Part shown: positions 18,452-27,712 of the stretch, one piece after another
Layout: every line of letters begins with the position of its first letter
Position numbering within the stretch: position 1 is the stretch's first letter
Assembly: GCA_016840855.1 (NCBI GenBank)
Contig: JAEORO010000050.1
Span: forward strand, 1-39,982
Length of the DNA: 39,982 bases
Direction of reading: 5' to 3'
From: Candidatus Thorarchaeota archaeon
GTDB taxonomy: Archaea; Asgardarchaeota; Thorarchaeia; Thorarchaeales; Thorarchaeaceae
Made by a program: the position numbers and the translations under genes
The notes under the pieces: generated by a model
The model's database searches: none
Told to the model about the DNA's origin: nothing
What the model saw: only the letters and a program-made list of their open reading frames with translations

Positions 18452-19459
18452 TTATAATTTCTTTCCAATTACAGTAGCAAGATCTGCTAGCCTATGACTA
18501 TATCCTGCTTCATTATCGTACCATCCGTGTACTTTGATCATATCATCATGAGCCATTGTGAGTAAAGAATCAAATGTACAAGAATGAGGATCTCCAATGA
18601 AGTCTGAGGATACGAGTGGTTCATCAGCGTAGGCAAGATATGGTGCAAGATCCCCTACTTCTGATGCTTTCTTGAATGCCTTGTTAGCATCTTCAACATT
18701 AGCAGGTTTCTGAAGAATTACACTCATATCGACGAGAGATGCGTCCATCACGGGAACTCTCAATGCTAATCCATCTAGCTTACCAGCAGCTTTTGGATAC
18801 ACAAGACCGATTGCACTTGCTGCACCCGTGCTTGTAGGTACAATGTTCCAGCATGCAGCTCTTGCTCTTCTTAGATCTTTATGCGGTCCATCTAGCATTA
18901 CTTGGTCATTTGTTATTGCATGTATTGTTGTCATGAATCCCTTTACGATTCCAAATGCTTCGTCTATCACCTTTACCATAGGTCCCAGACAATTTGTCGT
19001 ACATGATGCATTGGAGATCACATGATGTTGCGCTGGATCATAAGCATCATCGTTAACGCCTGGAACAACAGTAAGCATTTCTCCTCCCTTTCCAGGAGCA
19101 CTAAGAATGACCTTTTTTGCACCAGCTGTTAGATGTTTGCTGGCATCTTCTTTTTTTCTAAAGATGCCCGTTGACTCAATGACAATATCTACTCCAAGGT
19201 CTCCCCATGGGAGTTTTGCAGGGTCCCTCTCTGAGAAAATTTTAATCTCATCCCCATTCACAGTGATACTACCTTTGCCTGCTTCAACTGTTCCATTAAA
19301 GCGTCCCATCACTGTGTCATACTTCATCAGATGTGCAAGAGTAACCTCGGTTGTAAGGTCATTTGCTGCAACAATATCAAATCCTTTCTTCTCTAAGGCC
19401 GCGCGAAGGAATCCACGTCCTATGCGACCGAAACCATTTATTCCTACACGAATTGCCAT
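18452..19459 (-). CDS. gap: Glyceraldehyde-3-phosphate dehydrogenase, class I (bacterial/eukaryotic type)
   Basis: INGFGRIGR, SNASCTTNCL, DLRRARAA, WYDNE. Confidence 0.97.
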   Translation of the reverse strand: MAIRVGINGFGRIGRGFLRAALEKKGFDIVAANDLTTEVTLAHLMKYDTVMGRFNGTVEAGKGSITVNGDEIKIFSERDPAKLPWGDLGVDIVIESTGIFRKKEDASKHLTAGAKKVILSAPGKGGEMLTVVPGVNDDAYDPAQHHVISNASCTTNCLGPMVKVIDEAFGIVKGFMTTIHAITNDQVMLDGPHKDLRRARAACWNIVPTSTGAASAIGLVYPKAAGKLDGLALRVPVMDASLVDMSVILQKPANVEDANKAFKKASEVGDLAPYLAYADEPLVSSDFIGDPHSCTFDSLLTMAHDDMIKVHGWYDNEAGYSHRLADLATVIGKKL

Positions 19460-19523
19460 GTGAATGCCACCTTTTTGATGTGACTAGATGACATGACATC
19501 TCATTGCTTTGATATATCTTTGT

Positions 19524-20759
19524 TCATAGAACTATTTCCTGAGCTTCTTCTCTCTGCTTGATAGCTTGTTCGTACTTTCTCATCCCAAAAGCGTAAATTG
19601 GTACTAGAATGAATCCTGAGAGCCCCACCAGGATAAAGGGTGCTGACGGGTCTAGAAAATCCCAGAGCAGTCCTCCTACAAGTGGAGCACTGAATCTAGA
19701 AAATCCCATTGCTGATTCAAACCTCCCAAATCCTTCACCTGCTCGCCCCTCATATGCTGTCCCAAATACTGAAGACATGACCGTATATGCCATTGTTCCA
19801 GTTATTGTTCCAACACTAAATAGAACTGCAATCACGATCAGGTTTAGGGGAGCAGCGACAAATGTAGGGACAAAAACAATTCCTAATGTGCTAAATGCTC
19901 CTACAATTACCGCAGTTGATACAATCCCAATCTTACTCTTATGGTCCGCAAACCTTCCCATATATCCACCAAACATACCAGCAATAATGCCTCCTGGAAG
20001 ATAGATGAGTGCCACCAGAAGTATGTCTGTTGTAAACACTTCAAGAATATACAATTCCACAAAGGGTGACAAGAGTGCAGATATGAATGTGTCAATGGCG
20101 GCTGCAATTACTAACGCTATTATCCCTAGACTAAATGCAGTTGTAATACTGTGCTTGTTTGGGATTTCCCTCTCTTTCTCAAGAGGTGGTCGATGTAATA
20201 TTACAACTGCGCCTCCAATGAGATTGGCTATTGCATAAAAGAGGAAAATTACCACAGGACTATCGAACATGAAGAGGAGAGTGAATCCAATGAATGCGCC
20301 AATTACCTGACCACGACCATTTGATGCTTCCCTTCTTCCGAAGGCTTCAGCGCGATTCTCTTGTAGAACTCTCTCAGATATTTCCGCATCACTACCAACC
20401 CGATAGAATGCCGCACCAAGCCCCCAAAGCAAGCTGTTTATGATGAGAACATCAATATTCAAAATTATTATTGAAACAGCCATTCCTGTGTACGCCAATG
20501 CACGGATAGAAGCGCCAAAAAAGATGGCTTCTCTGCGTTTTCCACCCTTAGCGACTTTTCCTGCAAGAGGTGAAAAGATTGCCGCTCCAAGGGTTAACAA
20601 TGAAAACACCAAGGCAACTTGCGTTGCACTTGCCCCCATCAATCCATATGCAATTATTGGGATTAGGAAGCGGACTACAAAAAAACCTAGGCTGCAAGCG
20701 AAGGCTGAATTATATACTGAATGGAGCGCTTTCCAGTCACTTTTCAAAGACACGCTCAA
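19524..20759 (-). CDS. Major facilitator superfamily transporter
   Basis: About 12 TM segments; motif-A-like GKVAKGGKRR and GRFADHKSK. Confidence 0.9.
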   Translation of the reverse strand: MSVSLKSDWKALHSVYNSAFACSLGFFVVRFLIPIIAYGLMGASATQVALVFSLLTLGAAIFSPLAGKVAKGGKRREAIFFGASIRALAYTGMAVSIIILNIDVLIINSLLWGLGAAFYRVGSDAEISERVLQENRAEAFGRREASNGRGQVIGAFIGFTLLFMFDSPVVIFLFYAIANLIGGAVVILHRPPLEKEREIPNKHSITTAFSLGIIALVIAAAIDTFISALLSPFVELYILEVFTTDILLVALIYLPGGIIAGMFGGYMGRFADHKSKIGIVSTAVIVGAFSTLGIVFVPTFVAAPLNLIVIAVLFSVGTITGTMAYTVMSSVFGTAYEGRAGEGFGRFESAMGFSRFSAPLVGGLLWDFLDPSAPFILVGLSGFILVPIYAFGMRKYEQAIKQREEAQEIVL

Positions 20760-20879
20760 TAATCACAGCTCTCCAAAAAAATACAATATGAGGACAAGAT
20801 AAACATTCCATTCTCCGCTTTCTTAATCCTTATTACGAAACAATTGTATCAGCAATCAATCCTATCAGGAGGAAGAACG

Positions 20880-21032
20880 ATGGGAGATCATAAAGACCAT
20901 ATGTGTGAGTTTGCAAAGCACCATAATGTTGCTGACATGCGGCCTCGTGTAAAGAATGCAAAATTCATCTGTGAAGTCTGTGGTCGAGCTGCAACCAGCA
21001 AAGACTACCTTTGCAGACCCGTTGAATTATAA
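20880..21032 (+). CDS. Small (50 aa) Cys/His metal-binding protein
   Basis: MGDHKDHMCEFAKHH...FICEVCGRAA..KDYLCRPVEL; SD AGGAGGA upstream and a terminator hairpin downstream. Confidence 0.8.
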   Translation: MGDHKDHMCEFAKHHNVADMRPRVKNAKFICEVCGRAATSKDYLCRPVEL

Positions 21033-21047
21033 CAATCAATTATCGAA

Positions 21048-21091
21048 TCTTCTGGAGGATACCAATTTCCTCCAGAAGACGGTTTTTCTTT
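21048..21091 (+). terminator. Hairpin plus U-tract terminator
   Basis: Perfect 12-bp stem TCTTCTGGAGGA (21048-21059) / TCCTCCAGAAGA (21068-21079), then CGGTTTTTCTTT. Confidence 0.7.
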
Positions 21092-21287
21092 CTAGGCTTC
21101 TGAGAAATAACACGCGCCTTAGTGTCCAGGCGATATCTCTTGAGGCTTAGGCTTATCTGGTTTACACTGGATTCCTACTCTTGACATTTGAGATGAAATC
21201 TACACCCACGTTGCTATCCTCTGATTAACAGTTCTTTGAAGGCTAGAAAGGGAGAATATATCTCTTTGATTTGGTTCATCTTTCAAA

Positions 21288-22634
21288 GTGATTTCAATGT
21301 ATGATGCAGTGACTGCCTTCATTGACAATAATCTGGATGATTCGATTAATGCTCTAATCAAACTGTGTAGAATTCCATCTGTAGCCGCAAAAAATGAAGG
21401 ATTAGAAGAGGCAGCCGCTCTTGTCGAGAGTATGCTGAAGGATGTTGGTTTGGAAACAGAAATCCATCCAACCTCAGGAGCTCCTGTTGTAACTGGTTGG
21501 CTCGATGTAGGTGCAAAAAGAACCCTACTCTTCTATGACCATTATGATGTTCAGCCTGCTGAACCTTTTAATCTCTGGGAGTCGCCCCCCTTCGAACCTG
21601 AGATTCGAAATGGTCGGTTATACGGACGTGGTGTTGCTGATAACAAGGGTGACACAATCTCGAGGATATGGACTCTGAAAGCATTCAAAGACACTGATAC
21701 AAAACTCCCAGTCAATATTAAATTCGTGATTGAAGGTGAAGAGGAGATTGGCAGTGTCAACCTTCCTGAATACACTGAGAAGAACACAGATTTCCTTGCC
21801 GCAGACGGGGGGATCTGGGAGTTCGGTGGAGCTGGTATTGATGGACGACAAGAGGCCTGGTTAGGACTAAAGGGTATTCTTTATGTTGAGCTCGAATCTG
21901 AACATCTTTCGAGAGATGTACACTCCAGCAATGCTTGTATCTTACCATCAGCCGCAAGTCGTTTAGTATTAGCTCTTAACTCATTAAAGGATTCAACAAG
22001 TCATATCTTAATTGAAGGATTCTACGACAATATCAAACAACTTACAGAGTCAGAACTTGAGGCAATAAAGAAAATTGATCTTCATGAAGAGCAACTCAAG
22101 AATGTCTATGGAATTGATGAATATCTAAATGATCTCAGCGGGGATGATTTGAAGAATGCATACTATGGAGATCCCACATGCAATATCTGTGGACTTACTA
22201 GTGGCTATCAGGGCAAAGGCCCAATGACAGTACTTCCTGCTAGGGCATCATGTAAGGTTGACTTTAGGCTTGTCGAAGGGATGCACCCAGATGATATATA
22301 CAACAAGCTAGGTAAGCATTTGGTTGATGCAGGATTTATTGATGTTAAGGTTACCCTCCTCCAAGGGTATCCAGCTGCTAAAACTCCTATCAACCATTCC
22401 TTTGTCAAGATTGTAGAGGCCGCCAACAAACGCGTCTTTGGTGATATGGTGATTCATCCAACAAGCCCTGGCTCCGGACCTCTATATCTCTTCAACAAGC
22501 ATGTGCCAATGGTTTCGATCGGATGTGGTGACTATGAGTCAAAAGCTCATTCACCCAATGAGAGCATTGTCATTGAGAACTATCGCATGGCGATGCATAG
22601 AATTGTAGCAGTTATGGATGAGATGTGTAAATGA
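21288..22634 (+). CDS. M20/M25/M40 metallopeptidase (dipeptidase/ArgE-DapE-like)
   Basis: HYDVQP, GRGVADNKG, EGEEEIGS, AHSPNE. Confidence 0.93.
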   Translation: MISMYDAVTAFIDNNLDDSINALIKLCRIPSVAAKNEGLEEAAALVESMLKDVGLETEIHPTSGAPVVTGWLDVGAKRTLLFYDHYDVQPAEPFNLWESPPFEPEIRNGRLYGRGVADNKGDTISRIWTLKAFKDTDTKLPVNIKFVIEGEEEIGSVNLPEYTEKNTDFLAADGGIWEFGGAGIDGRQEAWLGLKGILYVELESEHLSRDVHSSNACILPSAASRLVLALNSLKDSTSHILIEGFYDNIKQLTESELEAIKKIDLHEEQLKNVYGIDEYLNDLSGDDLKNAYYGDPTCNICGLTSGYQGKGPMTVLPARASCKVDFRLVEGMHPDDIYNKLGKHLVDAGFIDVKVTLLQGYPAAKTPINHSFVKIVEAANKRVFGDMVIHPTSPGSGPLYLFNKHVPMVSIGCGDYESKAHSPNESIVIENYRMAMHRIVAVMDEMCK

Positions 22635-22665
22635 TGAGAATCAGTTTCTCTAACGAATAATGTAC

Positions 22666-24249
22666 TCAGGGTAACGGAGGTCTGATGATTACGTCTCGCT
22701 CCCATTGGACTTCATATGAGTAGTTTATCTTGAATTCATCCCCTGCTCGAATATTGGTTTCCCATTCGATTACACCTAACTCAGCCTTCCTAATGGGCAA
22801 GCTGGGTTCAGATAGTTCCACAATTATTTTCTCAGAATTACTATGAGGTATGACATCCACAACCCTGATTGTTATCTCCTGTTTTGAAAAGTTGTGTATA
22901 TCAAGCGAGTACCTGTATCCTCGCTTCTGTTTGCCACGTGTTAACCCTGCTTTCTCCGTGTCCTTCTCGATCAGCTTCTTCTCTGCTTTTACATCATAAG
23001 CAACTCTTGTCCCAAGCCTAAACTTCTCTCGAGGTGCTATTAGATCTAGGTGTGTTTCTCCAATGAAATCACCAGAAGCATATACTTTGACATCTCCAGG
23101 AAGAAGTACCGCATCTTCATTAGTAATCTCATCTTGAGCCACAACCTCTGCCATTTCTGAAGCGTTCCAAAAGTGTAACCGTTTCGATTCAAACTCTTCG
23201 AACGTCAGAGCTATGGGGTGAGGATCATTGTCAGCAGGAATTGTGACTTCTCCAGGTACTTCATAGACTGTGATTCCACCAAGGGGCTCTGAAGTAACCG
23301 CATAATCCTCTACGATTTCTGGTAATGGTTCTTCCTCTGCCTCCATCAGCATCCCACCTGAATCCTCTGCATAGTCACGTTCCATCTTCATAGATTCGTA
23401 TATTGTCCTAGATGCAACTCTCCCAATTCCCACTTCTGGTCTAAAGACATCTATGTAAAACGGATTAGGCTCGACCACTTCGATGGGCTGAGCTGATGCG
23501 GTCGAAACAGTAAGTTTCACGTCATTCCAATTCTCAAGGGTTTGATTTCTTATGACCGCGATCCTCTTGACTGATGATTTTCCTTCCCCAATATCGACAT
23601 CATATGTTGGTTGCCATGATGCCATCCTCAACTGATAAGTGACTTCCAGTTCGAGCGGTGTGTTATCTCTAACATCGAAATTAATGAGTACCTCATTGAT
23701 TGTTTCTGTTCTTCTTTCTCCTTGAATTCTTTTGATGTTGTTTTGAACTGCAGTTATTTCTGCATTAATCCTTTCAAGCTCGTCTTCTAGCTCTCTAACT
23801 GTTTTTTTCGAATCTCGAAGAAGGTCACTCCATGTCTTGTCTATCTTTGTCATTTGATCCATTGAGGTTTCTCCAACCGAGAACCATTTCCCAAATTCAG
23901 AACTAAACTGGTTCATCACACCGTTCAATCGTTCGCCCCTGGATTGTTGGAGCTGTAGCTTATCTTCAGCAGCACCTCGCTCTCGTTCGAGTTCTTTTAA
24001 CCTGTCATAAAGCTCTTTGACATCACCTTCAGGTTCATAGGTCTTACTTACTTGTTTTACATCAATTCCTCTAAGAATTGCCTTACCCTTCCCTTTTACT
24101 CTAAAACTCTCTGGTTCTGCGTAACGACTGATTCCAGATACCTTAACTGTTTGCTCACCAGATTCAAGTTCAGTTTTTCCAATTCTAGTTATCCGTGCTC
24201 CATCGCGAAATGCTGTTACTATCTTTATCTCTGTAGAAATTTCTCTCAT
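22666..24249 (-). CDS. DUF4140/DUF4139 (MuiA-like) protein, copy 2
   Basis: VTAFRDGARITR, coiled coil, Y....ASWQPTYD, NQTLENW.DV.L.VSTA, LLPG; the ATG at 24249 is 6 nt after SD GAGGAGGT. Confidence 0.88.
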   Translation of the reverse strand: MREISTEIKIVTAFRDGARITRIGKTELESGEQTVKVSGISRYAEPESFRVKGKGKAILRGIDVKQVSKTYEPEGDVKELYDRLKELERERGAAEDKLQLQQSRGERLNGVMNQFSSEFGKWFSVGETSMDQMTKIDKTWSDLLRDSKKTVRELEDELERINAEITAVQNNIKRIQGERRTETINEVLINFDVRDNTPLELEVTYQLRMASWQPTYDVDIGEGKSSVKRIAVIRNQTLENWNDVKLTVSTASAQPIEVVEPNPFYIDVFRPEVGIGRVASRTIYESMKMERDYAEDSGGMLMEAEEEPLPEIVEDYAVTSEPLGGITVYEVPGEVTIPADNDPHPIALTFEEFESKRLHFWNASEMAEVVAQDEITNEDAVLLPGDVKVYASGDFIGETHLDLIAPREKFRLGTRVAYDVKAEKKLIEKDTEKAGLTRGKQKRGYRYSLDIHNFSKQEITIRVVDVIPHSNSEKIIVELSEPSLPIRKAELGVIEWETNIRAGDEFKINYSYEVQWERDVIIRPPLP

Positions 24250-24261
24250 CCTCAAACCTCC

Positions 24262-25827
24262 TCAGGGCAATGGCGGACTGATGTTCACACCTTTCTCCCA
24301 AAGTACTTCATAATCATAATTGATAGTCTTCTTTTCCTCTGACCCAATTTCCCTATGCCACTCAACCACACCAAGTTCGTACTTCACAGCTGCGAGTTTC
24401 TCCCAATCAATCTTGACTTCAATTTCAGTACTTAGGCTGTGAGGAATTCTGTCGAGTACATCAATCTCTATTTTTCTCTTTGAGAAATTTTGAATCTCCA
24501 ATCTATAACTATAAGAACGTCTTAATTTACCGCGTAGTACACCAGCCTTCTCCATCTCACGATTAACTAGTTTCTTTTCTGCCTTTACATCATAGGCTAA
24601 TCTGGTCCCTATCTTGAATTCCTCTCTTGGAGAAATCTGACTTACGGATGTTTCTCCTATATAATCTCCATCTGAGAATACTTTCATTTTTCCGGGTAGT
24701 ATCACATTATCATTATTCACAACTTCATCTTGAGCTACAACTTCAGCCATTTCTTCAGCATACCAATAATGCACCGTTGAAGATCCGAGTACTTCCTCTA
24801 TCAGAGTAACAGGATGTTGTTCAGAATCAAATGGTATTGTCATCTTCTTTGGTAGCTCGTAGATTGCAATGCCTGATACTGTTTCCGTCGCATCTGCAAA
24901 TTCTTCGTCTATTTCTGGAGGTGGGGCTGGAGGTGCGACAACACCAGCTCCTGCTGGTGCCATTGATGGTCTTGGGCGTCGAGCCATTTTAGCGCTAGGT
25001 TTTTCCACGAGAGCTGGATCATATGCCGTGATGAAGAATGGTCTACCTTCAATTGCATCTACTGGTCGAGCAGTAGCAGTGGAAATGGTCAAGTCAATAT
25101 TAGACCACTCTTCTTCTGTGCGATTGCTTACAAGAGCTATCCGCCGCAAAGTAGCTTTATCGGGAAGTAGATTCACATCATAACGAGGAGTCCAAGAAGC
25201 TCCTTGGGTTTGGTATGTGAGCTCTAGCTCAACCTCTGAGGGTGAGGATACTTCCAAACTAACATCAACTGTATAGGTTGAAACTGTCCTCCTTTCTGAT
25301 TTGATCCGACCAATGTTGTCCCTCAACACCTTCATTGTATCATCTAGGTTAGCAAGCTCCTCGTTTAATCGCCTAATTTCTTGCTGTATTTCACTAGCAA
25401 GTTTGGTTGATTTCTTATCCATCTCACTTAGTGCTTTCAAATCTCCTTCATTAGCTGCATAAACCATGCCAAAATGATTAGAGAACTCAGATACCATATT
25501 ATTGATTTGAAGAAGTCTAGCACGCTGGAATTCAATTTCATCTTGTATGCTAATACGTTTCTTTTCCATTTCTTTCAGTTCATCATAGATGGGTCTAATG
25601 TCTGCTGAGGGTTCAAAAACTTCAGTTTTGCTCTGAACATCTATGCTTGAAAGTTTAGCTGGTCCTCGACCCTTCACGCGAAAGCTATCTGCTTGAGCAT
25701 GACTAGTTATACCTGAAACCATTATTCTTTGTGGTCCAATTTCAAGCTTGGTTTTACCGATTCGTGTTACCCGTGCGGCGTCACGAAAAACAGTGACTCT
25801 TGATATTGTGGTATGAAGATTTGTCAA
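24262..25827 (-). CDS. DUF4140/DUF4139 (MuiA-like) protein, copy 1
   Basis: VTVFRDAARVTR, coiled coil, ASWTPRYD, NRTEEEW, ILPG, DRIPHS; ends in PPLP like copy 2. Confidence 0.88.
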   Translation of the reverse strand: MTNLHTTISRVTVFRDAARVTRIGKTKLEIGPQRIMVSGITSHAQADSFRVKGRGPAKLSSIDVQSKTEVFEPSADIRPIYDELKEMEKKRISIQDEIEFQRARLLQINNMVSEFSNHFGMVYAANEGDLKALSEMDKKSTKLASEIQQEIRRLNEELANLDDTMKVLRDNIGRIKSERRTVSTYTVDVSLEVSSPSEVELELTYQTQGASWTPRYDVNLLPDKATLRRIALVSNRTEEEWSNIDLTISTATARPVDAIEGRPFFITAYDPALVEKPSAKMARRPRPSMAPAGAGVVAPPAPPPEIDEEFADATETVSGIAIYELPKKMTIPFDSEQHPVTLIEEVLGSSTVHYWYAEEMAEVVAQDEVVNNDNVILPGKMKVFSDGDYIGETSVSQISPREEFKIGTRLAYDVKAEKKLVNREMEKAGVLRGKLRRSYSYRLEIQNFSKRKIEIDVLDRIPHSLSTEIEVKIDWEKLAAVKYELGVVEWHREIGSEEKKTINYDYEVLWEKGVNISPPLP

Positions 25828-25901
25828 TTCAGTTCTCCTTTTTAGAACGAGAGCAACACGCCATTTATCCTTTAGCTAAAAAATCTATGAGTCCTCTACA
25901 T

Positions 25902-27179
25902 TCACTCGCTATTAGGCCATGGTAGTTTGATAGAGAAGTTGCATCCCGGTCTATCCAATGCGATTAGGTCTATTGTGCCATTTTCTGACTCAATAATCGT
26001 CTTTGATAGATATAGCCCCAATCCCTTACCGTCTGTACCTGTAGATACTCCTCTCTCAAATAGATTCTCTCGAATTTCAGGATTAATACCTGGTCCATCA
26101 TCGGAAAACAGAACTTCAAGATGTTCACCTAATCGGGACATTCTAATCTCAACATTTGGATTATCGCCTGCATGCTGAGCTGTATTGCGGAGTAAATTCT
26201 CAAAAGCTAATGCAACAAGCCGCCCATACTTCGGTGCATGCTGACGAACATCACTGGCAACATTGAATGACACATGCATTCCTTTGAATGCAATCTCAGC
26301 CCGTTTTCCTATTTTTTCTAGAACACTCACAATATCTGTATCTAACTCTACTTCAGACATTGAAAATATGTGAAGCAAACTCCTCATCCTATGAGCAGCT
26401 GCATAAGTTGATTCAAGGAATGCAGCCTGTTTTGGTTCCCCATTTGTCATTTGTGAGAGCTCAATTCCTCCAAGTATCATCTGTACATCGTTACCAAGAT
26501 CATGTCTGAGAAGAGTCGTATAAATTTCCAACTCCCTGCGTTTCGCCTCAAGATTCCTATTGCTTCTTACAAGCCCATTTGAATAATAATCCTGATTCCA
26601 AGAAGTGAACATCAAAAGGACAGCTATGGCAATATAAACGAGTACAGACTCTATAGCATCAATAAATTGAACACCTGGGTGTAAGAATGATAAAATTAGA
26701 AGCCCTATGAACAATCCTCCCGCTAGGAGAACTTGTTTTTTGATAGAAATCAACTGGGTTGCAAGAAGAACTGAAAGTACTGGCCAAGTTAATATTTGGA
26801 AAGCCAAAGTCCCTCTTGTCCATATAGCTTGAAGAGAGATTGTAATTATTGGAATACACGCAGCGCAAATTATTGTTAACGCTGATGCTAATCTTAGATG
26901 TACTGTGCCACTTAACAGATACACTCCAGCTAAAAATACTACTAAACCGGAATAGATTGGGATTCCCTGCACTGGATCACTTGTATATTGGAGAATAGGG
27001 AAGACACAAACTGCAGTGAGTAAAGCAGTTCTAAGAAATCTTGCTCTTCTTCTTTGCCCGCCATCAGTAATTCCTGTAGAAGGTTTCGTGAGGGTTTTTG
27101 GTAAATCTAATACTCTCTTTAATAGACCTATCGCCTTTGATGGACTCTTTTGTGCATCCCTCAATGCATTGCGCTCCAA
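25902..27179 (-). CDS. Membrane-bound sensor histidine kinase
   Basis: About 6 TM segments; H-box LRHDLGN, N-box ENLLRN, DDGPGI, LFERG, GKGLGL. Confidence 0.93.
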   Translation of the reverse strand: MERNALRDAQKSPSKAIGLLKRVLDLPKTLTKPSTGITDGGQRRRARFLRTALLTAVCVFPILQYTSDPVQGIPIYSGLVVFLAGVYLLSGTVHLRLASALTIICAACIPIITISLQAIWTRGTLAFQILTWPVLSVLLATQLISIKKQVLLAGGLFIGLLILSFLHPGVQFIDAIESVLVYIAIAVLLMFTSWNQDYYSNGLVRSNRNLEAKRRELEIYTTLLRHDLGNDVQMILGGIELSQMTNGEPKQAAFLESTYAAAHRMRSLLHIFSMSEVELDTDIVSVLEKIGKRAEIAFKGMHVSFNVASDVRQHAPKYGRLVALAFENLLRNTAQHAGDNPNVEIRMSRLGEHLEVLFSDDGPGINPEIRENLFERGVSTGTDGKGLGLYLSKTIIESENGTIDLIALDRPGCNFSIKLPWPNSE

Positions 27180-27400
27180 TGTGCCTAAGAATCTCTTGCC
27201 CTAGAAACTGATTGGTGTGCTTATCAGTTTCGCACAGGACAACCATTGGAAGGTTGCGAAGGACTTGAAACTCTTTTCTAGGTATGGTACTTATAGCAAT
27301 TTGAATATTTATGGCTATGTGTTATGATAATAAAATATTTTATATTATAAAATGTTCATTCATTAACACACAATACATAAACTTGCAGGAGTAGAATAGA

Positions 27401-27712
27401 GTGAGTAGAGATAGTAGCAGAATTGAATGTGATGGCAAACAATCTTTGAGTGGATCAAACCAATCGACGAGTAGTTCGAACTCTCAATCATTCATGGAGA
27501 TCCGATTACGAAGCTTAAGCAAAGCTATTGATGAGGTCAAGAAAAAACGTGTGCGCCTTGAACAAGATTTGCGTCTAGGTAATGTACCTGAATCTGAGTA
27601 CGCAAGTTCGTTACTAAAACTCATCGTTGAGAGTAATACGCTTTCAAAGGAACAAGAAGGCATAGCTGAACAGATTAAAGTGCTTAGAAACAAAAGCATC
27701 ATCCATCGCTAG
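27401..27712 (+). CDS. Small coiled-coil protein with a Ser-rich N-terminus
   Basis: 103 aa, SD AGGAG, heptad-like helices flanking G.VPESEY. Confidence 0.65.
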   Translation: MSRDSSRIECDGKQSLSGSNQSTSSSNSQSFMEIRLRSLSKAIDEVKKKRVRLEQDLRLGNVPESEYASSLLKLIVESNTLSKEQEGIAEQIKVLRNKSIIHR

